Shown here: positions 51,415 to 62,917 of the stretch, piece after piece
Layout of the letters: the number at the start of each line of letters is the position of its first letter
Position numbering within the stretch: the first letter of the stretch is position 1
From: Trypanosoma brucei
Taxonomy: Eukaryota
DNA: 64,000 nucleotides
Direction: 5' to 3'
Assembly: GCA_000002445.1 (NCBI GenBank)
Contig: CP000070.1
Coordinates: forward strand, 320,001 to 384,000
Notes under the pieces: generated by a model
The model's database searches: none
Told to the model about the DNA's origin: nothing
What the model saw: the letters and a program-made list of their open reading frames with translations, nothing else
Made by a program: the position numbers and the translations under genes

Positions 51415-54321
51415 ATGGACGTGGTGTTGGAGGTCCTCCGTACGTCCAACAATAATGACGAGCGCAAAAAAGCCGATGCACAGCTGCGCCAGATGCAGGA
51501 AAGTGATCCGCAAGCTTTCCTCATGCTTACGTGGGATGGCATATCCTCCACTGCGGTAGATACGACTACACGTTTCTTTCTCGCATCGACGGTGGTTCAA
51601 TTTGTTGAGCAGTCATGGCAACATAGTGTCCCTAAAGATCTACAAGTAGTCATGATAAACCGCTACCTGCATTTGCTTCTTTGTAGTGAGCCCCTACCAT
51701 CGGTGACACTCGCGCGGAAGGTCGCACTGCTCTTGGGACTCATGCTTAAGCGGTGCAATGCACGCGGTGAGCCTGGGGCGTTGCCTCCACCATTAGAGCA
51801 TGCGGGTAAAATGATTGGGGAATCGGTGGTGCATGCAGTGAACAACCTAAGCCCCACTTTAATAGGTTTGGCAACGCAATATCTTCTTGTACTCCACGTT
51901 GTGTTGAAGGAAATGGAAGGTAAACGAGTTGGTGGTGTTTTTCCGAGGTTGTGTGCTTCACTCGTACCAGTCATGTCCAGCGTCTTCGTGTCAAGTGCGA
52001 CGTGGGATTATGTGACGTGCTATATGCCACTATTGTACATGATGAAGTGTGTATTGCGTGTGTTTGGCTCTGGTGTGTTTGATGCTGGGTTCTATCCACA
52101 CCTCTTGGACATTACCTGGCGATTGGCGCACTCCGTTTCCGTCACCGGACAACCCACGGAACGTGTGGAACGAGGACAGCGACTGATGGAGTACGCAATA
52201 AAAGTACAGTTGAAGATGTTGAGTGTCTTCCCGAGCAAGATGGATGGTCTTCCTCCTGCATTTTTTATTTCCCAAGGGAACGGTGACATGGAAGATAGGT
52301 CACTACTTGCACTGTTGGTCGCCATCATCGAAAGTCCGATTGGAACGGTGGTGACGGAGAAGCTTGTTTGCCGTGCTCTACTGACCTTTAAGGCTCTCTT
52401 AACGGTGGAGGATTCACAGCCGTTCGTAGCGAATTGCGTAATTGCACTGGCCAACGCACCACAGCTCCTGAGTCGCGTAATCGATCGTATTACCTATTTT
52501 CTTGCAGATGCAACAGGTGATGCAGTTCTTCGCGCGTGGGACTTGAGTCCGGAGCATCACGCTGCTGAGTTAGAAAGGTTGATAGATGATACAGAACACG
52601 TATCGTCATGTGCGGAGGAGCTGTTGCTAGCTCTCACAGGTTCCACACACTGCTCCGAAAGCAGTTTACGCTTAACATGGGAGGTTGCAAATACCTTGCT
52701 CGACAGAGGTGGTGTGGAAGAAGTGACGGCAGCGCTCCATGTTATTGGTATTTGTTGTTACACCATGGCTGACGGGCCGTACTCTGCCAGCTTCATGAAC
52801 TTTCTGGCGGCGAAACTCCTCCCTATAATAACCGCTGCTGCAACTAGCACAGTTGGTGACCAAATTTATCCCTCCCCATTCGTGCTTCGGCGAGTGGTGT
52901 GGGTTGTTGGGATGTGGTGTGAATCCGTAAAGGGCTCTGTGGCTCGGAGTGAGGTGCACAGAGCCCTTACTTCACTACTCAGAGCCCCCACCCATGTGGT
53001 TTTGCAACTTTGTGCACTGCAGGCAATCGGGCATTTTATTTTGGATTTGAATTTCAGCATTGAGGATGTCCCAGCTGAATGCGTACAAGGCACACTGTGT
53101 GCCATTCAAAACCTTCTGCCGCAGTTAAGTGCCCCTGCCACAATCGAACAACTAGCAGGTCTTGTTCAGGGTTTGATAGCTCGAAAACTTCTTCATGTTG
53201 GTAGTGGGGAACTATTGTTGGACATGATGCTCCCTGCCGTGTACAGGGCGATAAGTGGCGCGCAACGCACCCCTGACGGGGAAGCCGATCACAGCGGCGG
53301 GAACGACGACGGGGATGAGGAAAGCGATGACGATGTGTCTTTGCAGGGTCGTTGTATAGGTTTACTTTTGGAATGTGTTCATAGTTGCGTAACTATTGCC
53401 GCACCGGAACTTGAAGAACGTGTGTGGTCACTATTCAGAGCAATTGTTCTTCCCTGCACTGAACCTGGGAGCCGCTTGGCTCTATGGGCCGATGAACAGG
53501 CATGGGAACTGCTGCTGTCCATGTGCTGCGCTGCACGGTCGTGGTTACCGGAAACGAACGATGCTCTGCTTTTCTGTTTGGATAATATGACTCGTGAGAT
53601 ATCCTCACGGCACATTGTGGTCCGTTGCGTATATTCGATTCTGTTGTTATGTCCAGAACCAGCGAAGCACATCAGTGTCGCGTTGGTGGATCACGCTATG
53701 GCAGAGCTCACACAAACTTGCAGCAGTGATGTTGCTAGCGCGTACTTTGCTCTCCTGGCGGTGATGCTGCGGCGTGGGGAGGTGACGTTGCGTTGCCACT
53801 TGCTGAGTTTAGCCCTCCACAAGTTTCTCAGCATCAAGTCTGTGCACTCCGAGTCCTTCAGTGAACAACTAGCACTCCTTCTCGCATGGGGTTTCTTGAC
53901 TTATGGTGATTGTGAAAATTGGGAAGTTATACTTCTCGACACGGTGGCAAAGGTCCTTTTACACCACCCGAATGCAAATTCTTTCGTGGAATGGATTGTA
54001 TTACTTTTTGACGTCTCCCCGGGCCCATTCGTGACAGAACAACTTGTGCGTCTGTTGCAACACTCACTCAGTGCACAACACACGGTACTCCTCCAGCTCA
54101 TCGGGGAAGATGATAGGGCTATGGCACGGAAAGTAGTTGAAGGGACTCTACTGCCTCCATCATCCATGCAGGAGCGAGGTGCGGATACGGATGAGGCTGG
54201 AGAGTTGGTGCGTGATCCGACCGAAATGTTGATGGAATTATTCGGTGACACAGCATTGATCGGTGCTTCGCCGCACGTCATTCGCTTGTGCAGATTGTTT
54301 GACGTATGCACGATTTCTTAG
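51415..54321 (+). CDS. Importin-beta family karyopherin (importin/exportin), 968 aa
   Basis: N-terminal importin-beta N-terminal-domain pattern (MDVVLEVLRTSNNNDERKKADAQLRQMQESDPQAFLMLTWDGISS...), remainder all-helical HEAT/ARM-like with acidic insert (DGEADHSGGNDDGDEESDDD); size typical. Confidence 0.65.
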   Translation: MDVVLEVLRTSNNNDERKKADAQLRQMQESDPQAFLMLTWDGISSTAVDTTTRFFLASTVVQFVEQSWQHSVPKDLQVVMINRYLHLLLCSEPLPSVTLARKVALLLGLMLKRCNARGEPGALPPPLEHAGKMIGESVVHAVNNLSPTLIGLATQYLLVLHVVLKEMEGKRVGGVFPRLCASLVPVMSSVFVSSATWDYVTCYMPLLYMMKCVLRVFGSGVFDAGFYPHLLDITWRLAHSVSVTGQPTERVERGQRLMEYAIKVQLKMLSVFPSKMDGLPPAFFISQGNGDMEDRSLLALLVAIIESPIGTVVTEKLVCRALLTFKALLTVEDSQPFVANCVIALANAPQLLSRVIDRITYFLADATGDAVLRAWDLSPEHHAAELERLIDDTEHVSSCAEELLLALTGSTHCSESSLRLTWEVANTLLDRGGVEEVTAALHVIGICCYTMADGPYSASFMNFLAAKLLPIITAAATSTVGDQIYPSPFVLRRVVWVVGMWCESVKGSVARSEVHRALTSLLRAPTHVVLQLCALQAIGHFILDLNFSIEDVPAECVQGTLCAIQNLLPQLSAPATIEQLAGLVQGLIARKLLHVGSGELLLDMMLPAVYRAISGAQRTPDGEADHSGGNDDGDEESDDDVSLQGRCIGLLLECVHSCVTIAAPELEERVWSLFRAIVLPCTEPGSRLALWADEQAWELLLSMCCAARSWLPETNDALLFCLDNMTREISSRHIVVRCVYSILLLCPEPAKHISVALVDHAMAELTQTCSSDVASAYFALLAVMLRRGEVTLRCHLLSLALHKFLSIKSVHSESFSEQLALLLAWGFLTYGDCENWEVILLDTVAKVLLHHPNANSFVEWIVLLFDVSPGPFVTEQLVRLLQHSLSAQHTVLLQLIGEDDRAMARKVVEGTLLPPSSMQERGADTDEAGELVRDPTEMLMELFGDTALIGASPHVIRLCRLFDVCTIS

Positions 54322-54564
54322 TTGTATCGAACGTGGACGCGCAAGTAAACTCTACAGCACAAAGGATGCGAAAGAAAGATACTACCCGGTAATAGCTAAC
54401 GGTCTTTAACCTCTTATATCCCTCATGCGTGTTTGCCGAGCCATTATTGTGGTGCGAGGTGCAATGTGACCTGTTGTGGGTGCGGGAAGTAACACGTACT
54501 TGCGCATGAACACGAAATAGTCAAGTTCAAATAACAAACACATTTACCGTTACTATGAAATCAT

Positions 54565-54698
54565 ACTTTCCTGTTTAATCTTTCTTTGCTTTTTCTTTTT
54601 CCACGTTGTAGACACACCCACCACAGTTTCTTTTCTTTTCTTTTCGTTTTTTGCTTTTTACACTTTCTTATAGATTCTCCTGTTTCCTTTTCGAGCAG
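54565..54698 (+). promoter_or_regulatory. Strong polypyrimidine tract + AG upstream of ATP synthase subunit c
   Basis: ctttcctgtttaatctttctttgctttttctttttccacgttgtagacacacccaccacagtttcttttcttttcttttcgttttttgctttttacactttcttatagattctcctgtttccttttcgagcAG. Confidence 0.45.
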
Positions 54699-54764
54699 TA
54701 AGTGCCTTAAAAGAAAAAATTGAGTAAACAACCGCATTTATATTGGATTTAAAAACAAAAAAAA

Positions 54765-55118
54765 ATGATGCGCCGCCTTGCCATTCAGTCTTCTGTTCGC
54801 CGCACCACCGCGGCCATAACACCAATTGCGGTACCCATGAAGGTCGCCAGTCCGATGTGTAGTGCTGCTACTCGTCAGGCTTCAACAGTGGCCATATCCG
54901 TGCAGGGCCTGCACTACGTTGGGACAGGTCTTGCCGCAATTGCCCTCGCCGGTGTGGGTCTTGGCATCGGAACAATTTTCGGTAACCTGTTGGTTGCTTG
55001 TGCTCGGCAGCCCAACTTGACGAAGATGCTTTTCAACTATGCCATTCTTGGATTCGCACTCACGGAAGCTATTGGTCTATTCGCCCTCATGCTTGCGTTC
55101 TTGATGCTCTTCTCGTAA
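54765..55118 (+). CDS. F1Fo ATP synthase subunit c (proteolipid) precursor with mitochondrial presequence, 117 aa
   Basis: Mature part [63 protein letters not shown] = canonical subunit-c hairpin (GxGxGxG helix 1, ARNP/ARQP loop, conserved carboxylate E in helix 2); R-rich N-terminal presequence. Confidence 0.9.
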   Translation: MMRRLAIQSSVRRTTAAITPIAVPMKVASPMCSAATRQASTVAISVQGLHYVGTGLAAIALAGVGLGIGTIFGNLLVACARQPNLTKMLFNYAILGFALTEAIGLFALMLAFLMLFS

Positions 55119-56108
55119 AAGAGTTATACAGCCTCTCTGATTTTTGAGGAATGTAGAGAAGGGTGGATGATTAATACCTGTAAGGTTAAGGTTAGGGTGT
55201 GGGCTCTGATGTTTGTGCTTCTTATTCGCACCTCCAAAGACGCGATTTTCTTGTTTTTGTTTGTTTATGTGCGTGTGTGTGGTTGTGTGGATCCTACCAA
55301 ATGCTTTAAGTGTGGGGATGGGGCCCCACGCCCACAGACACACATGCTCGACGTAAGGAGGCCGTGGGGCGGACGCTCATAAACATCTTTTTAATATTAT
55401 TAGGGGAGTATTAGTACCATTTGAGATGGCGGCATACGCTGTGAGGAGGTCTTGGTAGCGGCTGTGCACGGGTGTTTTCACCCTGTTGGGGTAAGGGAGG
55501 TGTGTGTTTGTATCTTGACTCATTTCTGGTAGTATTGGAAGAAGGAGATAACCGAACGCATTTTTGTTTCTCTTTTTCCTCTCATCCTCATTTGTGGTGA
55601 CATCAACGGAAGAAGAGAAACATTTTTGTAATCGCCACAGAAGCGGCTGTTTTTGTGAGTTGCATGAATTATTACTTGTCGCCGTATATGCATGCGCAGC
55701 CGTATGTTTTTGAGTGCTTACCCCCTTTTTTACGTTCGATACAATCCTCTTCTTCCCTTCACTATTCAACATATATATATTTTAAAATTTCCTTCTTTCC
55801 TTCTTACGTAACTTACAAAGCCTCTTCAGCGAGGGTACACCTTTGTGCTCTCATTCTTACTGTTGTGCGACACTCGTCAGAATTGTTATCAAGAGGGAAG
55901 AATACAGACGAGGGAAGGAACACCATTCCCTCTTTCGCGGCAAGTTTCGGTCGGAGTGATTACTCCGCAAGTTGTGGAAGTGAGCGTCCCCATTCTGGGA
56001 CTTGCAGTGGTGCCACATTGTTCTTTCTCGTTCTGGAAAGTTATCCAGGAAGAAATACAACCATAGTAATAACAGTTCATCATAGTATCACACAACGACG
56101 CCGTTACC

Positions 56109-57317
56109 ATGGTTGTAAATGAGGCTCCGTGGTTGACGCGTTGGATAGAGGCATTGTTAGTCGTTGCTGTCTTTTTAATTTGCTGCACTGCCGACATGCT
56201 CAAGTGTAATAATGGATTCACCTACAAATGCTCGGATAATGGTTATAGAACATGCAGGCGCGAACCCCAAAGTTCGTTCTGCGACGATTTGGTGCTCCCT
56301 ACAACAGTTATGAGAGAACTGAGGCGCTGTAGTTGTGAGGACCGTAAGTTCGCTGAATTACTGCTTCACGTCGTCGAAGTTGGTGCTCCCATTGCTGCTG
56401 GTGGGTCTGGAGGGGAAAATATCGAGCGCATTCCACTAGCCCCGCTTTTGTCAAATGCTCTGAGGGGTTCCATTGGCGATAAGATCGTGGGCAACAGAAG
56501 TAGTGGTATTTTTAGGGTGCCTGTGCTTGAGGCTCTTCGAAAGGAAATTGGACTGACTGTTGACAATTCCACTCCGTGCTTGAATAGTGAGAGCACCTTC
56601 AAGGTTTTTCACAGCCATGATAGCGTGCTGGTTCCTGGCTCTGTGAACTTGCTGGAGGAAGTTAAGGCTGCCATACCCTTTGATGACGGCGGTAAAAGTA
56701 TGCCAGGAATACGGAGCGCACTGGAGGAACTCCTCAAGCGACGTCAGCAGCCCAACGAACCTGGGGCGAGTTCTTGTATGTTCGCCCACCTTATCTTCAT
56801 TGTCGTCGGTACTCCTGGAAGAGGTGGAGTGTGGAGTAATAATGAAAGTGACACGCGACATGCTGCGCTACAGCTGATGGAAGTGCAAGCGCACATCCGA
56901 CGGACCATTAGCCGATTTTTGCGTGGGAAGAGGAGATACACTGGCATGTTGGGGACTGTGTGGTATGTGGGTGTTCCAGTTGGGTTTCCAGTTCATAACA
57001 ACAGTGCCACTGATGGAAGAGCTGCAGAAAATGGGCGGACAAGGTCATGTGACGTTGGTGATGGACTGCCACGCTGCACCATGAACTGCACGGCTCATAC
57101 GCGGCGGTTAACTTTGTATAAAAGTGTGAATGGAGAGTTAGAAAGAATGGTGGGCTCCCATGGAAGGCGCCTTAGTGCCCGGACGATTATTCTTCCGTAC
57201 AATGATTACTTCAGCACTATAGGTAATTTACCAGGGGAATCTCAATGGGTGGACTGCTTTACGCTGTCCAGTGGTGGTGTGGCGGAGATGGCTCGGCTTC
57301 TTGTGGAGGGACTGTGA
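56109..57317 (+). CDS. Hypothetical protein with N-terminal signal-anchor, 402 aa
   Basis: ATG start; N-terminal hydrophobic segment WLTRWIEALLVVAVFLICCTA; Cys-rich stretch (KCNNGFTYKCSDNGYRTCRREPQSSFCD); no recognised domain. Confidence 0.45.
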   Translation: MVVNEAPWLTRWIEALLVVAVFLICCTADMLKCNNGFTYKCSDNGYRTCRREPQSSFCDDLVLPTTVMRELRRCSCEDRKFAELLLHVVEVGAPIAAGGSGGENIERIPLAPLLSNALRGSIGDKIVGNRSSGIFRVPVLEALRKEIGLTVDNSTPCLNSESTFKVFHSHDSVLVPGSVNLLEEVKAAIPFDDGGKSMPGIRSALEELLKRRQQPNEPGASSCMFAHLIFIVVGTPGRGGVWSNNESDTRHAALQLMEVQAHIRRTISRFLRGKRRYTGMLGTVWYVGVPVGFPVHNNSATDGRAAENGRTRSCDVGDGLPRCTMNCTAHTRRLTLYKSVNGELERMVGSHGRRLSARTIILPYNDYFSTIGNLPGESQWVDCFTLSSGGVAEMARLLVEGL

Positions 57318-57930
57318 TCGCGTAAGCGTAACTTTCGGTATGTTGCGCTCGATTCGTTCATACACCAAATGGTTGTGTGTGCAAGGTGTGTGTGTGGGGA
57401 AGGTTGCATTTTATCAGCACGCGGCTGCAGCGGAGGAGCTATTGAGGAGAATCAGTGGTGCTCTGCCTCTTTGTTGTCTATTGTATTCCCTCCCCCTTCT
57501 TTCGTTGATGACCGCATTTTATCTCTCACTCCTTTTATGAAGTTACAATGAATGGAGGTCAATCCCTTTTCTTCGTGATTATTACTATTTTTTTTCTTTT
57601 TGTATCGTGTAAATTTCCCTCTGGCTGGTCCCTGATTGTTAGCGTCGAAGTGGGTCACCGGTTTTTTCTTGCGGGGATTCTCACTGCACGGTCACGGACG
57701 TGCAACTCCGGTGCTCGTGGTTTTGCGAGAGCACTTTACCTGACGCACGTTGACCTAACCGTATCCAACGCTCAGTTTCATGTCCTTCTTCCGCTTCTTG
57801 TGTTTTGATGGTGGTTTCTATTTCGTCTTCAACTATCTTGTGACCTCCCTTTTGTGATTTTATTGGCAGGCGTCCTTCCCATCCACCTTTTCTTTGTTGT
57901 TGTCACGGCGTTATATGAAGTGCTGGTTTG

Positions 57931-58671
57931 ATGAGACCGTGTGCGCCTGGCGTGGCGTTGCAGTTAGTGGTGGCAGATCCGTGGCAGCGCTGCGCAAGGC
58001 GTAGGACGAGTACCAGTGCCAGCACTAACACTTGTAAATCATTTACGAGCAGGATACCGTTCAAGCTGCGGTCCGATCAAGTGAATGAGTCTAATATTCC
58101 CTCAGCTCGGGAGGTTTCAGAAATGATTGCAACACACGAGGAGTTGCAAGAACAGTTACCTTCCGCAAAGTTTTTGGAGTCACGGTACATCAAGCGACCG
58201 TTGCACACCGAGAGTTGCGGAAGTTGCCCTGCCACTGTGTGCGGGCCGCCTCTGTGGCCGGATTGCGATACACCGGAGGAAATTATGGATGAGGAACGTT
58301 ACGGCGGCCCTGAGGCAATGGACCGAGTGCCGGCTCCATCAGCCGAGCACATGTTGCTTGCCTGGCGTGCGCTGATGTGGGGGACACTATATGCCTTTGT
58401 TGGTGTTACTCTCGTTGTAGCGGTGGCGATATACGTCAGCGGTGTGAACGGCATTTCGAGTGTTCTCCAGCATCTGCGTAGTCGCTCAGAGCGGGAGTTA
58501 CATCGACTGTCAGCTGAAGGTCAGGAGGTACATCATTTTGTGCTTGACTTGACAAACCCGGTGGCGTTCGGCCGGCAGCTACAGGAGGCGTGGCAATTGG
58601 TGCAAGACATTGCGAATAAGCAGGAGGAGGGTGAAGAGAGTATAGCGAAGGAGATCAAAGAGGAGCTGTAA
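57931..58671 (+). CDS. Hypothetical protein with one internal TM segment, ~246 aa; track start 57928 is TTG
   Basis: ATG 57931; hydrophobic WGTLYAFVGVTLVVAVAIYVSGV; acidic C-terminus; true start uncertain. Confidence 0.4.
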   Translation: MRPCAPGVALQLVVADPWQRCARRRTSTSASTNTCKSFTSRIPFKLRSDQVNESNIPSAREVSEMIATHEELQEQLPSAKFLESRYIKRPLHTESCGSCPATVCGPPLWPDCDTPEEIMDEERYGGPEAMDRVPAPSAEHMLLAWRALMWGTLYAFVGVTLVVAVAIYVSGVNGISSVLQHLRSRSERELHRLSAEGQEVHHFVLDLTNPVAFGRQLQEAWQLVQDIANKQEEGEESIAKEIKEEL

Positions 58672-59077
58672 AGGCGAAGGTAGTTGCGGAGGGGAGGGAA
58701 ACATTGCGCAACCTCCTCATTTCTTCGGGCAATGCGGCAGCATTGCGAGAGTTTGTGACAGGTGAAATTGCGCCTTACATTCATCTGGGCGCGTGACTGG
58801 ACGTGACACAGATAATTCCAAGGGGCAAACATTCGGAGGAACACGTTGTGTGGGTGACGGGTGAAACGAGGCACTGGTTCTCATTTAATTTTTTTCGTTT
58901 TGTGTTGGAGAATTTGCTCACTTTCGTACCTCTCGTTTCCTATCATTGCTCTTGGTTTATCCGTTCTTGGGAAAGGTGGCACTTGTTTATCACACTTTTT
59001 TTTTCTTAAAGAGCGGGTTACGGGTTTCCACGAAAAGAAAGGAAGGGACGGTTTGAGAGCGGGCGCACAGACGACTG

Positions 59078-59947
59078 ATGGCCACCTCCCTTTCGGATGT
59101 GAATCACATAATTCTTGTGTTGAGTGGCAAAGGCGGCGTCGGGAAATCTACGGTGGCGTGTCAACTCGCCCTTGCTCTGGCTAATGTACATGGGAAGAAG
59201 GTTGGACTGCTGGATGTTGACATTTGTGGTCCTAGTGTTCCAACGATATGTGGTGTTACTGGAAAGGATGTGTATCGCGGGGACGCGGGATGGGAGCCCG
59301 TTTCGCTGTTCCACGAACAGCACGAGGCAGACACTGCGGCGTCTGCGACGGGTAACGTCAAAATAATGTCCATAGCATTTTTGCTACCGAGCGAGAATGA
59401 CGCCGTTGTTTGGCGCGGTCCGAAGAAGGATGCGATGATCCGTCAATTCGTCACTGACGTGCACTGGGGCGCACTCGATTACCTCATTATTGACACCCCA
59501 CCAGGGACTAGCGATGAACATCTCACGTTGTGCGAGGTGTTGAAACCCTTCAATACGGCAGGAGCTGTGATCGTCACAACACCTCAGGATGTGGCAACTG
59601 ACGATGTGAAGAAGGAGCTTTCTCTTTGTCACAAGTTGGAGCTGAGATGCCTTGGGGTTGTGGAAAACATGTCAGGGTTCGTGTGCCCCCATTGCGCCCA
59701 TTGTACCGACATTTTTTCCAAAGGCGGTGGGAAGAAACTTGCAGAGATGTATGAAGTGGAATTCCTTGGCGCAATACCAATCGATCCAACACTTTCCCTA
59801 GCGGAAGACAAGGGCCAGTGCTTTGTAACGACCGCGACAGATGCTAACTCCCCCACGGTGCGCAAAACTGTCGCCGCGGTGACTGGTGTTATCGATGCCA
59901 TACTGAAGCAGGTGGAGAAATCAGCGCAACTGCAACAACGTCATTAA
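59078..59947 (+). CDS. Cytosolic Fe-S cluster assembly P-loop ATPase, Mrp/NBP35 family, Cfd1/NUBP2-type, 289 aa
   Basis: Deviant Walker A ILVLSGKGGVGKSTVACQLALALA at the N-terminus (no N-terminal ferredoxin-like Cys cluster -> Cfd1 rather than Nbp35), conserved C-terminal CPHCAHC (CPxC) motif, DTPPGTSDEH Walker B region. Confidence 0.85.
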   Translation: MATSLSDVNHIILVLSGKGGVGKSTVACQLALALANVHGKKVGLLDVDICGPSVPTICGVTGKDVYRGDAGWEPVSLFHEQHEADTAASATGNVKIMSIAFLLPSENDAVVWRGPKKDAMIRQFVTDVHWGALDYLIIDTPPGTSDEHLTLCEVLKPFNTAGAVIVTTPQDVATDDVKKELSLCHKLELRCLGVVENMSGFVCPHCAHCTDIFSKGGGKKLAEMYEVEFLGAIPIDPTLSLAEDKGQCFVTTATDANSPTVRKTVAAVTGVIDAILKQVEKSAQLQQRH

Positions 59948-60493
59948 GGGTTGTGGTGGTGGGGAGAGTGCAGAAGGCTGCTGTGAATGAAGGGATATCG
60001 GATATGAGTATTAAGAGAGGTTTGTAAAGCGGAGTCTGCTGCAAGGATGGGCGTTGTGTTGTTTCCTTATTTTTACCCAGCAAGCGCATCGTTAACTTTC
60101 TTTCTTCACTCAACCACACGTGTGTGCATACGGTCAAAGTGGTAGCCTGGATTTGTACCCTATTGTGGCTTTCCCTCCTTGGATTGAATAACTCGGCTGG
60201 GTCATGATAAGGCGTTTGCTTCCTATGGGAGGTGGGGGTTAGTTACCCTTCTCGAAGAACGTATGCATCATTACCACTACTTTATCGAGTTTTAGGCGTG
60301 GGGACTGTCACGTTGTTGCTTCCTGCTGCTGCTTCGCCTCGCTAGTTTACGTCCGTGCTCTCAATTATATCTTTAATTTTCATCGGCACTTTGCCTTCGG
60401 GTTAAACACTCTTTTGATGGACTCTGTGCCTCCTCAATTTGCGGTGGAGATAAGTACTGTATATACGGAAGAATCTGTAGTGCAGTGGTGGAA

Positions 60494-62350
60494 ATGTCTA
60501 AGCGTAAGAATTTTAACACGCGGAGGGCGTGTTTGCGCAAAGCCCCTAGGGACCATACACATATTGGACTTTGTGTGATGTACTGCGGCACGGCGTTCCG
60601 AGGACTGCAGTTGCAGGCGCACGCACCGACTCACCATACGGTTGAGGGTGTTTTGATTCAAGCGTTGAAAGATGCCGGTATCGTCGATGGCGTACAGCGG
60701 GGTCGTGTGAGCGGGGAAGAGCATCATTTTGCTCGTTCGTGCCGTACGGATCGCGGTGTGCATGCCGTGAGGAATCTCGTTTGCTTGTTTGTGCCGAACA
60801 GCAAACTTGAAGCTGCCGGTGGTTGTGACAGACTCCCACAGCTTCTAAACGCACATCTCCCCTCAACTGTGCGTGTGGAACGCGTGACAACCGTTATGGG
60901 TGATTTCATCCCCCGTTTCTGTTGCGTTAGCCGTATATACCGTTATATGATCCCGGTGTATGCCCTTTTGTCACCCTGTAGTTCATGGAATGAATTTTAC
61001 GCAGAGTTCCCACAGGCTGTCGAGACGCTGCGGTGCCGCGCTCAAGGGGGCTCTTTCATCGACCTCTGCCCAAATGAAGAGGATAAACTACTTGCTGCAT
61101 TGAGAGACGTTGTGTCTCGGGGGAATGGGTTGCTCGCTCATCATGTGGTGGGGACCCACCGTTTTCACAACTTTTCGGCATCCCCAGGGGAGCGATATGG
61201 TCACGGATGGAACAGGAAGGTGGTTATGCCCAATGACAATACCTCAGTGCGTACCGTTATGCGATGCGAAATAGCACCGCGCCTGTTTCTGTTCCCGCAG
61301 GAAACCATCGGACCGACCCGGTCAGAATATGCAAAATCGCTGAAGATATTCGAAGGTGATACCGCTGCGGAAGGGGAAAGGGTGGTAGCAGTGTCTGAGA
61401 GGACCTTCCCCGAGACGGCGCTTCTGCCGTACCTTCTGTTTCAGATTGAGGGCAGGTCATTCCTGTTCAACATGATACGAAAGATTGTTGGTCTCATCAT
61501 CGCTGTACTGCGTGGTGCGAGGGAGTCGCTCATGCAAGAAACCCTGTCTGCTGAGCGGCACGCGTTGTGTCCGCTGGCACCCGGCTCGTTTTTGTACCTT
61601 TTTCACTCTTTCTACACTTCGTATGACAACAGAGTCCGCCGCAGTGGGAGTACGCGGTTCTGTCCGCTGGAAGATGAGTGGACTGGAGAAGTCGGAGAAG
61701 CTGCTTCCGCTTTTGCGGTAACGAGCATTGCGGCAGATGTTATTGACCTCGACATGAACCGTGTTCCTGCCCTCGGTACGCTTCTTAGTGCGATAGACGC
61801 ACAACGACGTGTGACTCGCCCCTGTTGGGAGGAAGAAGATGCTCACCTTACCTCAATGAAAGAATTTCACCCAGCTGTTGTAGAGCCCCATCCTTCATGC
61901 TCAGAAATGACCACCTTTCTGCGGTCGTTACGCGTGCATAACTGGGGGTTGTCGCAAGTAAAACAACCTGTCCAGTGCGGGAAAAACAAACCCCTCGACA
62001 CGGATAATGGAAAGGAAAGCATCACTGGCTGCGAAGGGGTGAAACAACAGCGCGCTTCTGGTGATGGTTGTGTGGTAGATGAAGGGCAAGTACGGAAGAG
62101 AGCGCGCAAGGAGGAGTGCATGTGTGAAGGTTGTGATGGCACACCCTTCAGCCGGGAAACCCACACGTTAGGGGAGGAGGAGGTTGATGACGGTTGGCTC
62201 TACGTGGCGTCAACGCTGGAGGAGGAGCAACGTCTGCGGCATGAGCATCACAAACGGGTGCGCCGCTCACGAGCGTGGGATGGTACCGCGCACGGCGGTG
62301 GTGTGGAAGTTGCTTTTCATAGTGATGGTGATGGCGGCGGAAGCGAGTGA
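60494..62350 (+). CDS. tRNA pseudouridine synthase, TruA/Pus1-Pus3 family, with long C-terminal extension (618 aa); track start 60485 is GTG
   Basis: ATG 60494 (MSKRKNF...); ...HFARSCRTDRGVHAVRNLVCLFV... = TruA catalytic-Asp motif (RTDkGVHA); earlier GLCVMYCGTAFRGLQLQ typical of the TruA N-terminal strand. Confidence 0.8.
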   Translation: MSKRKNFNTRRACLRKAPRDHTHIGLCVMYCGTAFRGLQLQAHAPTHHTVEGVLIQALKDAGIVDGVQRGRVSGEEHHFARSCRTDRGVHAVRNLVCLFVPNSKLEAAGGCDRLPQLLNAHLPSTVRVERVTTVMGDFIPRFCCVSRIYRYMIPVYALLSPCSSWNEFYAEFPQAVETLRCRAQGGSFIDLCPNEEDKLLAALRDVVSRGNGLLAHHVVGTHRFHNFSASPGERYGHGWNRKVVMPNDNTSVRTVMRCEIAPRLFLFPQETIGPTRSEYAKSLKIFEGDTAAEGERVVAVSERTFPETALLPYLLFQIEGRSFLFNMIRKIVGLIIAVLRGARESLMQETLSAERHALCPLAPGSFLYLFHSFYTSYDNRVRRSGSTRFCPLEDEWTGEVGEAASAFAVTSIAADVIDLDMNRVPALGTLLSAIDAQRRVTRPCWEEEDAHLTSMKEFHPAVVEPHPSCSEMTTFLRSLRVHNWGLSQVKQPVQCGKNKPLDTDNGKESITGCEGVKQQRASGDGCVVDEGQVRKRARKEECMCEGCDGTPFSRETHTLGEEEVDDGWLYVASTLEEEQRLRHEHHKRVRRSRAWDGTAHGGGVEVAFHSDGDGGGSE

Positions 62351-62626
62351 CGTCGGATGCACCTCGTGTGCGGTGTTCGTCCTTCGGAGTTTCGTATGAT
62401 AGCGGGTAACTAACATCTTTCAGTTAACGGTGTCGTTTGGTAGTGGGGGCGCATGTGCCTTTCACGGTAAGTTAATTCTAGTTCCGTTCATATGCACTAG
62501 TGCATTTGATTTGTCAAAAGTGTAGGTTGCCCTTGCAGATATTCTCTGATTTCCAATATTGTCTGAATCCTTCCTCTGATTGCTAGGGTTACCTTAGCAA
62601 TTGTGGTGGTGTTGGTGCTATTAGTG

Positions 62627-62917
62627 ATGGGTGGGGATGACCAAATATTTCGTTCCAACGTGTCGCATAATTACTACAGTGAGGCACTGCAGGCGCAGCG
62701 GAAACCCCTAAATTGTCCCACGTGCAAACGTGTCGGCCGTTTCGCCGGCACACTCAATGAGATTTACCGCCGCATCCCCCGCACGCAGTGGGAGTCACTA
62801 ATCCTATGCCATGTGTGTGGTGAGAACGTGCTGCGGCGGGAAGACGCGGTAACACGGCAACGCGTATGGTATTGTGAGTCTTGTGAGATCTGTTTGTGCA
62901 CGAAGTGCCAGCGTTAG
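62627..62917 (+). CDS. Small Cys-rich putative zinc-binding protein (~96 aa); track start 62603 is GTG
   Basis: CPTC...(17)...CHVC and YCESCEICLCTKC pairs of CxxC; short, uncertain. Confidence 0.3.
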   Translation: MGGDDQIFRSNVSHNYYSEALQAQRKPLNCPTCKRVGRFAGTLNEIYRRIPRTQWESLILCHVCGENVLRREDAVTRQRVWYCESCEICLCTKCQR